This document shows positions 40,201-52,167 of a DNA stretch of 64,000 nt, piece by piece. The stretch comes from Sphaerodactylus townsendi (taxonomy: Eukaryota). The DNA is taken from contig NC_059427.1 in NCBI RefSeq assembly GCF_021028975.2, positions 125,426,001-125,490,000 of the forward strand, given 5' to 3'. A program made the translations under genes and the position numbers. The notes below the pieces were generated by a model, which made no database searches, had not been told where the DNA came from, and worked only from the letters and a program-made list of their open reading frames with translations. Numbering within the stretch: position 1 is the first letter of the stretch; every line of letters begins with the position of its first letter.

Positions 40201-42470
40201 CTCTATCTAAAAAGACTGAGGGGGAAAACAGTCATCTCCCCACATGCCCAACGAAAATGGATGAAGATTCTCTTCTAGAAAGAAGAAAACTGCCGTGTGT
40301 CTGGAAATTGAGGGATCATCCCAGATTCCCAGCACACCCCCAACTCACAGGCTGGCCAAATGAGGAAAAACAATGTTGACACGAGGAATCCCACATTCAA
40401 TGTGCAATTGTGGTTATCTCTTTACCGAATGTCTTTGAAAGGCAAATGTGTCACTTTTTACCCATAGTGAATACATATCTGTGCTTCACTGAAGTTCTCA
40501 ATACATCAGATATGTTTTGTACAGATTCTGATTATGGTGGAAAACACATAGACTGAAGTTGCGTAGAATTAGTCTAGACTTTGAATGCCTTAGAGCCTTG
40601 GTGGCTAAACTATGGCATGTGTGCCAGAGGCGGCACTCAGAGCCATCTCTGAGGGCACATGCCCACAGAGTTTGTCATGTGGGGAGGCAGAAATGGAGGC
40701 GTAGCTAGGCCAGAGTGTGCCCGGTGCACATTCTGGCTCCCCCCTCGTGCCCCCCCCGCGGCACTTCATTCCATGTACTTTTAGGAAAGGAGCAGGCCGA
40801 AGAAGCCTGCCTGCGTTGCCTGGGCCTGGTGGGAACTACCTTTCCCAGGAACACCTGGGAAATGTAGCTCCCACCAGGCCCAGGCAACGTAGGCAGGCTT
40901 CTTCTCTGGGATGTTCCATTCCTAAAAGTAAGTGGGGGGCGTGCCGTGGGGGGGCAGGGGGCGCCATAGAAGGGGGGCGGGGGGAGTGCGGGGGGGCCGC
41001 AGGGGAGGCTGGGGGATTTTTCCGCCCCCCACATGACCAGAATCGATGTGCCCGGTGCATTGCGCACCCCTGCCCCCTGGTGGCTTTGCCACTGGGCAGA
41101 AAATCATCCCCCCCACACACACACACACATCTAGGCTGGGCGCCCAACTACCATCAAGCTTACTCCCGAGTAATGTGCACCTCGGAGCCAACCATTTTTT
41201 CTAAACGAAAACCTCAGTATTCAGGTTAAATTGCCGTGTTGGCACTTTATGTATTTATTATTAGATTTTATATATCGCCCTACCCCCAAAGGGCTCTGGG
41301 CAGTGATTAGCAATTTGTGGGGTTTAAGTGGGTTTTGGATTGCAGTTGGGCACTCGGTCTCGAAAAGGTTCGCCATCACTGCCTTAAAATTTCTGGCATT
41401 TAGTTATGTTCGAAGTGTTAGAGACTCTACACTGAAAGTGGAAGCTTCACTTTATACCAAAAGGCAGGGTACAAATTAATTAAATAAATAAACACACTTT
41501 CCTAACAAATAGTAGCCTAGTAAGCAAGATTATTTAATTTATTATTGTTCTTATTTCCATGGGTGTGACAACAACATAATAATAATGATTGTTGTTGTTG
41601 TTGTTGAGTGGAACTCAACCAGCTTTTTAGTTGGTGAAAAAGGAAGGCAGGGTCCACTATGACCTTAAAGAAAGCTGTGCTGGAGACCATGGACCAAAAA
41701 GCCATGTTGGATAGGGATTCTAATAAGGGGAATTGAGTGACATTCAGCAAAAAATCAGAGTGGATCCACTTCAGTATTAGTAATCACAATTATTCATAAT
41801 TCTTTTTATAGATGTGGAACTGAGCTGTAACAAAACAAGCACAAGGACCAGTGTATGGATATTTAGATTAGACAGGGATTAAGGTGTCCACATGCTGTTC
41901 CTGCACTTGGCAGGCAGAGAGACAAAACACATGCCACAGATGGCACAAAGGAGATGCGCTACTATAATATGCTTATTCACAAATTAGTGAAGCTTGTCCA
42001 TCTAATATGGCAATTACATTGCCTGAGATGTTCTAAAACATGGTCCTGTTGTAGAAACTTGCTCTTTCATTGACTAGAAAAGATAGCTCTCTTAGTTGTT
42101 TGGACTCCACAGCTTTCTAAGTAATGTGTATCTGTTGATTTTGAGAAGCACTTGAAAAATTATAACATTTAATTACTTGACACAGTCAGTCCATCTGGCC
42201 TGATCACTCAGTGCCCAGAAGAAATCTTCCCTAGTAATTGTCCAAAGAAAATATGAGACAGCCATGAGACAAATCTTGAGGAAACAAAGAACCCACAAAT
42301 CCTAATTTTAATGACGCCTGAGAATCTAATATCTGATCACTGTCAAATTTGTTTACTAACTTATGACTTCATGTGTTTGCAATTTGGTTATTTCGGTGAC
42401 TGATAATTGTGGCATTTCACTCATTTAGCAAACTCAATGAGATATGATAAGTATCTTTTATTTGAGAATA

Positions 42471-42504
<34 letters not shown>

Positions 42505-45002
42505 TATTTGACTTAATATACCGCCCAATCCCCGAAGGGCTCTGGGCGGTGTACATCATAAAATCACATAAAACATCATAAACATCCATAAGTTATAATA
42601 AAACAGCAATTATAATATATCAAGATGGCGTCCTATCTAGACCTAATCCCTTTAACAAGAGGGGGTAATGGTCCCGGTGGTATAAGGGAACCATAGATCT
42701 TAATAATGGATCCCGTTGGCATTGGGATTCCAACCTAGGGGAAGGAAGGAAGGGGGCACTCAGTGGCTGGTTTCTCTAAAAGCCCGGTGGAACAACTCGG
42801 TCTTACAGGCCCTGCGGAAATCCCCAAGGTCCCGCAGGGCCCGGACAGCTGGAGGAAGAGTGTTCCACCAGGCAGGGGCCAGAGCCGTAAAGGCCCTGGC
42901 CCGAGTGGAGGCCAGCCGCATCATTATTAGCTATTTTTTTCCAGAAGTATCTGAAGTGGCTCAAAATTAAAAATATTTTCGTTTTAACAGCTTGTGGCCA
43001 GACAAAGGACTTTCTCCCATACTAGTATTGCCATGGAGAGGTTTAATACTGCTGAGGCCAGTGATATTTTCCTCTCAGTGAAATGAAAAGGGATGAAAAG
43101 TTTTTCTCCTTCAAAATTATGTAGGAAACATGCTTAAGTAGGAGATAGGGGGCGGGGGAGAAAGAATGGAGAAAAGCCACTGAAAACCAACAGCTCATTC
43201 AAAATGACAGTAGCATGCATTTGAAAAGAGAGCTACTATGTGCCTGGTAGGCATATTCTAAGGCTCAACCAAAGGGCTCCCATGGCTCCAAGGCAAAGAT
43301 CACTCTCATAGGATGTTAGTGATTTCCTTACAATGGGAAACCTTGCTGAGGTGAGGTCATCTAGGGGATTCATTGATAGCTTCATAACAACATGAGAAAA
43401 ACTAAATAACTGGAAAGGCTATCAGATTAACAGAGAGTCAGACACCAGTTGTTAAATTATTTGAATCCCACCACTGGAACCAGTTGTTAAATTATTTGAA
43501 TTCCTCCACTGACAGGCACCAAGACACACCTCTTTCCCTTGAGGGGACATTTGTCATCTGCTGCATCTCCATCAGCTCTTGCTCAGCCAGCCAGCTCTGC
43601 TCCTGGATTAGCTGGTGGAAGGAATCATGTACAGCACCTTCATCATAGGGACTTGGGGCTTCACTGCAAGAATCAGAGAACAGGATTCAGATCCATTCAA
43701 CTAGCAGACTCTCTCAAGATGACAGCATTTCAACTTTCAGTGGATTCACATAAGATGATCTTGGAGTCAGATATATAATGAACAAGCCTAGGAGGGAAAG
43801 AAATCTTACCAGACTGTATGCCTCCTCAGCTATAGCTGTATGGAATGTCAGATTCTGTATACAACACCCTAGTATAAAATATATAGCGCCTTGTGAATAG
43901 GAAAACCCATGTCCTGCCAAGCTGTTTCTCCGAAGAGGTACTTCAAACATTATAGCAGAAGCAGGCACACTTACCACTAAAAACCATAGTATTTAAAAAA
44001 CAAGCCATTATAAAACAAGCTACTCGGTCTTTAAAGGTGCAAAAAAACCAACAACTTTATTTGAGCCCAGAAATTAACAGATAGCCAGGGAAGTTGTTTA
44101 AGTATTAGCAGGATGTGTTTCCTGTGTTGCTCAGCTTTTGAACAAAGTTAAGTTTCCAGATAAACTTCAAAGACAACTCTGCACACAACTCATTAGAGTA
44201 AGTAATTAAGAAGTGATCAAACTTTTTAAGCAAGTTTGATCGATTTACTAACTCATGGCTTCTGGCCCATAACAACTTGAAACTTGATTCCTCTTTGCCT
44301 GCCTGAAAATCCACCCTGTACTGGCATGACAAGCTTTTAAAACATGTAGTGTGGATATCTATTTGTAGTCAGCTAAAAGCATCTCCAAGCTCTGAACCTG
44401 CTCCTCCACGTATCCAGGGCAGGCTTAACACAAACTTCTCCAACACCGTCACCACTGTAAACAGCATTTTAGACTTCTCTGGACTGAGAAGTTTTTCTAG
44501 CACTTGGTGCATCTTGCCCAATTTCAACTTCCTGGCTGACAAAGAAACACATTAACCAATTCTTGTTATTTCTCTCCATTTCCAGTATGAAGAACCCAAA
44601 AGCCTCCTTGCTGACTTTTATAGTAATGAGATCTTGGGAAGTACAAATTATTTTGTGTGGAGGAGTGACTGACAAATGAAATGTCTCCCTTTCAAAATCT
44701 CCTAGTCATCAGCCATGTGTGTGCCACATTTAAAATCTCTGGAAATATCTTAACAACTTGGGGTTACACTTTGTCTCCCCCATTTTGAAGGACAGAAGAA
44801 CACATATTTTATTTTCAAGCAACTGAGATGCCCTGAGCTACACATATATATCAGTTTCAGGGTTTGTTTATGCTTATGAGGCAGCAACATTGAAAACAAT
44901 TTTAAAATGATGGCAGTGCAGTTTGAACATCAGATGTGCATAAAACTGTATCACTCACCTGCCATTCTCGGGGCCAAAGTTGAAGGTCAGTGTGTGGGCC
45001 AT
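16204..45002 (-). CDS. TMC6: Transmembrane channel-like protein 6 (EVER1), 20 coding exons, about 820 aa; exons in transcript order: 44959..45002, 43530..43663, 39716..39847, 39408..39566, 38659..38764, 38397..38490, 36712..36966, 35511..35704, 34912..35056, 29897..30052, 28532..28701, 27135..27216, 24897..24994, 23997..24092, 22411..22486, 21504..21637, 19419..19595, 18288..18366, 17502..17590, 16204..16246
   Basis: Exons give TMC6-specific peptides: [84 protein letters not shown], the TMC signature [32 protein letters not shown] and [13 protein letters not shown]. All introns are GT-AG and all phases join (2463 nt). The last two exons are less certain. Confidence 0.93.
16255..17233 (+). mobile_element. 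Internally deleted hAT DNA transposon with a BED-finger transposase remnant
   Basis: 8-bp TSD CTGCAAAG (16247-16254, 17234-17241); imperfect TIRs CAAGATGGAT / ATCCACCCTG; subterminal AAATC repeats; decayed N-terminal peptide [21 protein letters not shown]...[10 protein letters not shown] at about 16851-16980. Confidence 0.85.
19625..19850 (-). mobile_element. Degenerate squamate SINE
   Basis: Shares TTTATACCCCACTTTTCTC...GGCTGAGAG...GTGACTGG blocks with the other SINE copies. Confidence 0.55.
19855..19930. repeat. Degenerate AT-rich minisatellite
   Basis: Several AATGTGATTAAATT-like units. Confidence 0.65.
25210..25651. mobile_element. Non-autonomous DNA transposon (hAT-like)
   Basis: TIRs CAGAGGTGTAGCT / AGCTCTGCCTCTG; internal inverted blocks at about 25290-25355 and 25495-25570; terminus shared with 40694-41094. 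Confidence 0.6.
28994..29141. mobile_element. hAT MITE forming a near-perfect 148-bp palindrome
   Basis: CAGGGGTAGGGAACCTGC...GCAGGTTCCCTACCCCTG with 8-bp TSD ACATAGAC (28986-28993, 29142-29149). A half copy lies at about 54571-54645. Confidence 0.88.
30204..30269. repeat. Short tandem duplication
   Basis: GGTCCAGGGGAGTGAGCTATAGGCGTA occurs twice, separated by a partial copy. Confidence 0.8.
30870..31175 (+). mobile_element. L2-type LINE 3' fragment
   Basis: GTGAAGACCTTCC...CAGGCATTT, T-rich 3' UTR, TGTAAGCCG...GAG and an (ATAA)n tail. Confidence 0.5.
31699..32515 (+). mobile_element. LTR retrotransposon remnant (LTR 31699-32476 plus a partial primer-binding site)
   Basis: Starts TGTAAC and ends GTTACA at 32476; AATAAA near 32376; followed by TGGTGGCAGCG (32478-32488), complementary to a tRNA-Leu 3' end. 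Outer flanks TGGGC/TGGAC. Confidence 0.7.
33336..33563 (+). mobile_element. Short solo LTR (228 bp)
   Basis: TGT...ACA termini; exact 5-bp TSD CCTGA (33331-33335, 33564-33568); internal TATATATA and AATAAA. Confidence 0.8.
35220..35405. mobile_element. Palindromic Penelope-like remnant, same family as 12115-12378
   Basis: Inverted arms TGTTGTGGGTTTTC...GCTCCTAAC / GTTAGGAGC...GAAAACCCACAACA, with GGCATCTTCAGAG and GAAAGCCTTC blocks. Confidence 0.65.
40596..41381. mobile_element. hAT non-autonomous element containing a nested insertion
   Basis: Ends in AAGGTTCGCCATCACTG; degenerate left end followed by TATGGCA...TGCCAGAGGCGGCACTCAGAGCC; approximate TSD CCTTAGAG/CCTTAAAA. Confidence 0.65.
40694..41094. 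mobile_element. Nested GC-rich hAT-like MITE
   Basis: Exact 8-bp TSD GGCAGAAA (40686-40693, 41095-41102); internal hairpin at about 40800-40902. Confidence 0.75.
42472..42925 (-). mobile_element. L2-type LINE 3' end with an (ATT)n tail
   Basis: (ATT)n at 42472-42502, then TATACCGCCC...GGGCTCTGGGCGG and an RT C-terminal-like GC-rich segment (TTCCACCAGGCAGGGGCC) on the minus strand. Confidence 0.65.
43444..43511. repeat. Tandem duplicate of a 33-bp hAT-terminus-like sequence
   Basis: ACCAGTTGTTAAATTATTTGAATYCCWCCACTG occurs twice. Confidence 0.75.
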
Positions 45003-46680
45003 CTCGACAGATCCACAGCCTCTTGTCTATCAGCTCGTTTCTGTCTTCACTTTTCAGTTGCAGACATCAGAATACCACTTGATGTTACTTGTGGGAAAAC
45101 TGCTTGGGCTCATCACACCAGATGTGCAAGACTTGGAAGTCAAGACAACTGATCTCACCTTTAGCTGATTCCTAAGGCCAGCAAAGCAAGAGCGGGGAGC
45201 CTGTACAATATTTAAGCCTGTATGCTACAAGGAACATAAAGGGGGGAAAATGTAAAGCTATACACACCATCTCCGCATGCAAGATTTATTACAAAAGACC
45301 AAGTTTGCATCATGCAACAGCTGTCCAGTCACCCTGTCCAACACCCTGAAGAGGAGGAAGGAAGCAAAGTCCACACAAAGGCTCCAATTCAGTATGGTAG
45401 TGCAGTAACTTTGCTTGGCATTTCAACACTCAGATAACGCAAACACAGCGGCAAGTTCCAGGCTTGTGTACATCCGGCCCCTTGGCGTGGGAAGGCAGAG
45501 AGGACCATTCTGCCTTTCTGGGACTGAAATTTGAGGGGCATGAGGAGGTCTCCAAGTTTACCTGCAGATGTTTTTAATCCAGACTGGACAACAGCAGAGT
45601 CAGATAAGCAAGCAAGGCTAAAGTTTCTTTTGATTCTCAGGGTTCACTAAGCAAACCTCACCACATGTTGCCTGGGTGATAAGCATTTTTGCAGTCTGAG
45701 GCACAAGGACGGCATGGCTGCAGAGTACAAAGATAGCTTAGCCCCTGCGTTCTTGGAGGAGGGGGAGCACAGCTCGCTCACAACTCTGGCAAAGCTCTCT
45801 CTCACGAATGCTTCACTTGCTTTGGGCCCTGAACTGCAAGCAAGCAAGGCAACTAGTGCTTCCTGACTGACAGGAAACCTCTCTTCACCACAATCTGTCC
45901 CCTTGCAGGCTGCAGGAGAGATCTTAAACTGGGAGGCAAACAGAATAAAAAAGGGGAGGTGACTAGGTGCTTGAAACAGGTTATACATAAGAACGCCTGT
46001 CTGAACAGTATAGCAAGTGTTCCAAGCCAGCAAAACACTAAATTCAGAATATGCCATTACTTTTTCACTTCAAGATTATGTACAGCAAAAGTTGCAACAT
46101 GCATTTTTCACTTCCAAGGACGTATTATTTCACAAACCTGCATCAACAATGTATAACAAATAAAGCGACTCAGTTATATCCTTTCTTTTTTTAAAGGATA
46201 ATCTGGTGGTTCCAACGGCAACCACTAGTTCCAGTCCTTTGAAAATTATTTGGAAAGATCCGGCAAGGCAGGAGCTTCTAAGCAGTGGCCTTCAGCCATC
46301 AGAATGCATTGCCCCTTACTTCTGACCTTCTGAAAACACATTTCCAGAGGTCTTTTGGTGGTGGATGAATCTGAAGTGGAGCTAGGACTTGAAAGTCATA
46401 GTTGGGAAATTCCTAGAAATTTGTGAATGGAACCTGGGGAGGAAACTCAGCAGGGATGAAATGCTAACGAGTCCGCCCTCCAAAGGGGCCACTGTTTCCA
46501 GGAAAAGTTTCTCTGCCATCAGTTGTTATTCCAGGAAAAATCTTGTCTCTGTCTAGAGGTTGACAATCACTTTGGAGCTGGCTTTGCATGTCCATCTAAA
46601 TGCCACATAATGCCTCAAACCTTGCAAAACTATAAAGTCTAATAATCTGTGGCAGATATTTATTTAAAGTGCTAAGGAAC

Positions 46681-46995
46681 CAGTGGTGTATCTGCCAGAG
46701 GGACAAGGGGAGTTAATTGACCCTGGGCGCCACCCTGGGCTGCTCCTTCAGTTGGTGGAGGAAGGCGGTGGCGGTCCCAGGTGACTAGGTGCTTGGCAGT
46801 GCCAGGCCAAAGGGCAGCTTGTGGCAGACTCCTGGCCCAGCCTCTGCCTGCTAAAGGAACAGCCTGGCGGGGCGGGGCTGAGGGGCAAACTGGCCCTGCC
46901 TGGGACCCCCACTGCCCTCCTCCACCAGCTAAGGTAAGTGGGGCACAGGGAGGGGGCGTGGGGGCCCCCCTGTCACTTTCCCCGGTACGCCTCTG
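46681..46995. mobile_element. hAT-like MITE between TMC6 and TMC8
   Basis: TIRs CAGTGGTGTA / TACGCCTCTG; 8-bp TSD TAAGGAAC/CAAGGAAC. Confidence 0.7.
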
Positions 46996-47194
46996 CAAGG
47001 AACACTACTGAGTGCTACATTGTCAAAGGTACTTTTTCCATCGACCAGCTCATGTCACAGCTAAGGGACCAAATTTCTGCCTTACTTTTAAATTTTTAAC
47101 TCTGTAATCAAATTTGACCTGCCTTCTCTTTCTTCTAGTCTTGTATATGCCATTTTATTCCCTTTGCTGGATTAAATATAATTACATCAGCGTG

Positions 47195-47415
47195 GTGTGT
47201 GTGTCTGTGCTATCAAGTCACAGCTGACTAATGGCAACCCCATTGGGTTTTCAAGACACTAGACGCTTAGTTGTGGTTTGCCAGACCCTGACTCTCCATA
47301 GGCTGAGAGATTTCTGAGAGAACTGTAACTGGCCATGGTCACCCAACTTCATGTAGAGGAGTGAGGAATCAAACCCAGTTCTCCACCACTCCTACCCACC
47401 ACACCAAGGTGGATC
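47195..47415 (-). mobile_element. Sauria-type SINE with BovB-like tail
   Basis: CAAGTCACAGCTGACTAATGGCAACCCC tail motif plus a tRNA-like head, on the minus strand. Confidence 0.6.
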
Positions 47416-50400
47416 TCAGCATTACATAATAGAATGCTGAACTAGGAATAGGAGACCAAGATTTAAATCTCTACTTGCCATGAAACTTCATTCTCTCTCC
47501 GCCTAATCTATCTCATAGGATTATTGTGAAGGTAAAATGGAGAAGGGGAAGAACCATGACCTCTCTAGAGGAAGGGAAGGGCAATGTACAAAAGAATAAT
47601 AAAGAAATGTCACACACTTTAAAGCCATTGCTTTCTGAATCATTTAGAACTTCATCCACTCCATAAACTTTCAGATTAGAAAATAACTGGCTTTCCACTT
47701 GCATGTGAATTACATGAGCCGTAATGAAGCAGACCCTAAAGTGCCAAGCCTTGCTCTCTTGCTGCTTACCAGAATGCAGAGGTACAGTCAATGATGCAAA
47801 CAAAAAGCAATTGTTTGCCCAGTCAGGGCTGCCAGCCCTGCCGCTTCCATCATTCCCCCCCCCCCCCCCCAGCCCCCATGTGAATGAAATGGCTTTGTCC
47901 TGTTCTGGCATCAGCTAAACAAATAGCCACACCCGTCTCCTTCAGTCTAATGCTTTGGAATGTTCCCCACCTTTGGAGAATATTTCACCTCCCAGAAACT
48001 TTCTGCCCAACCCCTTATGGGACTACAGTCTTAAAGCTTCCCCCCCCCCCCCCCCCCCCCGCCCCCAATGGAATGTTCTCCTGATCAGTTTTCATGTAAC
48101 ATTCATTGAAGGAGGCAATGGACACTCTCAGATGCATTCACATGTAGAAAGGTATTTTGCATATGCACATGGCCTATTGTGTTCTTTTTCTCTTTTGGAA
48201 GTAATGCTTAACCACAGAGAAGCAGCCCCCCCCCCTTTTTGTTTTTGGCTTTGTAAGAGGTAAGGATTAACCTAAGGTTGTTCCTGGCCTTTGATAGGAA
48301 CAGCTGTACACAGTCTTATACCCTGTAAAACTCAGCAACAATTTCATAGACTGACATTATGAAGATAATTCTACTGGCCAAGCTATGCCTGGACATGAGA
48401 GAGTTAAATGCAGCAGATTCAGTTTCTCCTCCCAGCCCCCAGATGCAGGAATTTCAGTGTTTTGCTCACCTACCCTGTAGCAAGTCTAGGCAGGGAATTT
48501 GGGTTGGGTGTGTTATATCACTTTCTTTACTTATTTATATAGAAAAAGGATCCAGTCTGTACATTATTATGCATAATATCTGTAGGTACTTGAACCCCTC
48601 AGTGTGCATGGAATGGGATGTTGGCAACTTTATGATCAGCAGCATCTTCACACGTATGCTCAACACAGGAAAAAAAGGATCAGAAACGTGCAGTAACAAC
48701 TGAGGTCTGAGGTGATAAGCTATTTGTTGCCCTGTATATAATGATGCCTTAGAGATCAGCCATAGAAACACAGGTGTTGGTCAGGGACTAGATCACCATG
48801 CAACAACTCTTATAGAGAAGGATAAACCAGCCCTGTTATCCCAAAAGTCACTGCTACAATTTGAAAGCCCAACTATAACCAAATATGCTGAAGGCTTAAG
48901 TTTGAGCTAATTCCCAGCCAGTCACTATGGGTTGAAATACAGATGATAGCTTGTGGGAAGGAATCCCTCATGCTGCCAGTTGAATACTACTACAGTAGCC
49001 AGGCAAGAGAAAAACTGCTGTTAGGCTGTCTTTAGTGTAACTGGTAGCTCCCACCCTCCAAATACAGGCAGAGTACTTACTTGCATAAGATCTTTTACTC
49101 CATAGAAATTTTCATGCGTCCACTGTTCGATGCAGCCTACATCCTACTTTCCTGGCAAGCCTGCTGGCAATTTTACAGTCGCTCTTAGCCTTTCTATGCA
49201 GCAGCTTCTGAAACAATGGGAGTGCTGCCTGCCCAGGGCTTGCGGGGTGGGGGGTGGGGGAGAGAGAGAGAGAGAAAGTGTTCCAGGGATCTCCACCCCT
49301 GCTGTGTCAGGCATTACAGGCTGCCTTTTCACCCTCCCCCCTTCTCTGCACTTTCTGCAAATGTCTTCTTTCAACTCCCTTTTCTGGTATATTTGGACAT
49401 CACTTAAGTCTTCAGTAAAGTAATTGCTCTACTACCTCCCATGCCCCAAATATGCTTTCTTACACTAAAGCTGAGTTTCTGAGCAGATTTACTGTCAAGG
49501 AAGTATATTTAAATTGCTGGTAAATCTTTTCAAGTTAATGTCTTTGGGATCATAAGGCTGCTGTTAGAAATGATGACTCTGGTAAGCAGGGGTGGGGGGT
49601 GGAGTGGGGATAGCTGAGGCATTATCCCCCTCCCAAACAGACCCCTGCTGCCAATTGCAAGACTAGCTTCCAAATCATGTTATATTTTCTTATATCTGAG
49701 TTACTGGCATAACTGATGCAGCTCTGTTCTTACATTTTTCCATCATAATGGGTTGGTCTTTGAACTCTCTTTAGTATGCAGGAACCATTATATATCTGAT
49801 GGCATTTTACAGTCAGTAAATAATGCAAAGTATGGATTGAAATAAATGAACCCTTAAAATCCACAACTGCCTGTTTTATTTTTAATTTTGATTTCTACCC
49901 CACCCTACCCCAGCCAAGGGCTGGTCTCAATGCAGCCTCAGAATTTGTAAGGATAAGAATTGTATGCTAAGGCCTTCATGTTGTCACTTGATAATAACTT
50001 TTTGCCTAATCCCCCAATATAAACATTCTGGTTTCCACTCCCAGGTTCTTCTGGCTCAAAATTCTGCAGAAACTTGCAGTTTTAGAATCCTGAGAGGTCT
50101 GTCTCTACTTGTGGCAGGAGGAAGGGTAGAAACAGGCAAGTGTGTATTACACCAGCAGCGTTTTTCATTAGTCAACAACCAGATTGATTTGACCACTGCT
50201 GACTGCTGCAGCAAGAAAAACCTGCCTATAAGGAAGGGATCCTCTGAGTTCAATCCGATTCTTGGTCTGCTTTCTCCAAAGTTATACCATATTAGCTGGC
50301 TGGACCACAGGATTGAGAATCAACCGCAGCGTGTACCCAACCTGCATTCAGGACACAGCTGCAGGTCACTGATCAAACAAAGGAATTGGTAAAACATAAC

Positions 50401-51589
50401 AGAATATTTAAAAGCTTATAAAATAAAAGAAACAACTTTTTCATAACTCTACCCACCCCAAATATCCCATGCTTGCAAGTATCACCAACCTTGTAACTTC
50501 TTGCATTTTGCCACGAAACTGAATATTCTAATGCTGTCACAGAAACTTCTCCAACTTTCCTTCCTGTGTTTGCAATCAGACCACACCCTGTGCCTCACCT
50601 GTACTACAAAGGACGATGGAAGTTGTAGTCTTTTTTCTGAAGTAAACTCCTAGCACTATTTGATATTCTTTTAAAAGGACAAATGATACAGCTTCCGTAG
50701 GGAACAAACAATGCTGTTTGTTCAAATGGGCTCCCCCAAAGATCGACTCAAGAAGGACTATTTTGATAAGCAACTAAACTTCATGAAATAGTTCTGGCTA
50801 ATGAAATTTTATGTCACAATAACAGCATAATCCTAGATTACTCCAGTCTTTGACTTGTGAAAAAAGAACTTGCCAGTTGATACTCCTAATAGCTCTTCCA
50901 TTCAGGAATCAGCCAAACTTTAGTTAGAGATCGATCCTAAAGGAAGGCCCTGTGTGGATCTCAAGTCTCAGGTCAGCCAGTGCAGGCAGAATCTTCTTGC
51001 ACAGGGTTTAGTTTTTAATTGGAAATTCTCCTCAATTTTCCCTACTCAACTTAAAATTCTATCTGCACCCTTCAAATCTATAACAGTTTTAATGACAGTT
51101 TACCTATAATTGCTTTCCTCAAGGTATCCTGGAAACTGTTGCTTAATGACTGCCCTGAGCCTTATCTTTCAGACATCTCTGTTCTCACTCACAGAATGTC
51201 AGTCCCCAGAGTCGTCTGGGGAAAAGAAACGTCTGTACAACAAGTTAAGACTGTAGTATAGACATTCAATACATATTCCCTTATTGTATGCAGTGCTGAC
51301 TTCCATGGCCCTTTCTAAATCCAAATGAAATGGTAATTCCCATGGAAACTTTGAAAATGGGAGGAATATATAGTTGAATCTCAGTACTGAAAAGTAGACA
51401 ATTTAAATGTCACTTTGGCTAGGTATATTATAAGAACCAGCCAACACATTTGTATCTCAGAATGCAGCAAGGTATACAAAAGCATCAACACCCTGAAGTT
51501 TTCATAAGTCTAAGTGGAGCTGCTACCTCTGCTGAATTGCACACATTCAATATTTTGCATTTCTGCATTTCACCAGCAGTAAAGATACT

Positions 51590-51770
51590 GGAGCCTGATC
51601 TTGTCAGATATCACAAGTTAAGCAGGCTGACCCTGACAAGTGTTTGGATGGGAAACCTCCAAGGAATGCTAGGCTCGTTTCACAGAGGCAGGTAATGCAA
51701 AGCACTTGTTAACATCTCTTGCCTTCAAAACCCCACTAGGGCTCGCCATACTTCAAATGTCACTTGACTC
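51590..51770 (+). mobile_element. 5S rRNA-derived SINE
   Basis: CCTGATCTTGTCAGATATCACAAGTTAAGCAGG...TTTGGATGGGAAACCTCCAAGGAAT followed by the shared tail. Confidence 0.6.
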
Positions 51771-52167
51771 CCCCCCCCCCCAAGAAAAAAAGGTCACTAT
51801 TTCTTCCCAGCATGCACAGTTGCACTTGGAACAGGTAACCTAGATAAAGGATACCAGTGCAAAACATGCTGCCCACAGTGAATACTTTTCAGAGAGATGT
51901 TTTTATCCCCCTGCCCCAATATATACTAGTAATATGTAAAAATACTTTTGTTGCATGACCCCACCCAGATATTGTGACCCACTGCAGTACAGGAAGTTGC
52001 CTGTTCCTGTCACATGGCCATGCTTCTATATCATCCCTTCTAACAAGGAAGAAAAGAGTCGTAACTGAGGCAACTGCTTATATTTCTTGCCTATTTCTGG
52101 AGGGAGTGTCTTTGCCAGAGCACAATTTAGGGGTGACTGGATGGGGTTTGGTGGTACAGTGAACAAG

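Noticed and set aside
40705-41229. Overlapping GC-rich ORFs of up to 170 aa
   Set aside because: They lie within nested MITEs and are open only because of GC content.
43444-43511. CRISPR-like direct repeats
   Set aside because: Only two adjacent copies with no spacers, in vertebrate DNA, and the unit resembles a hAT terminus.
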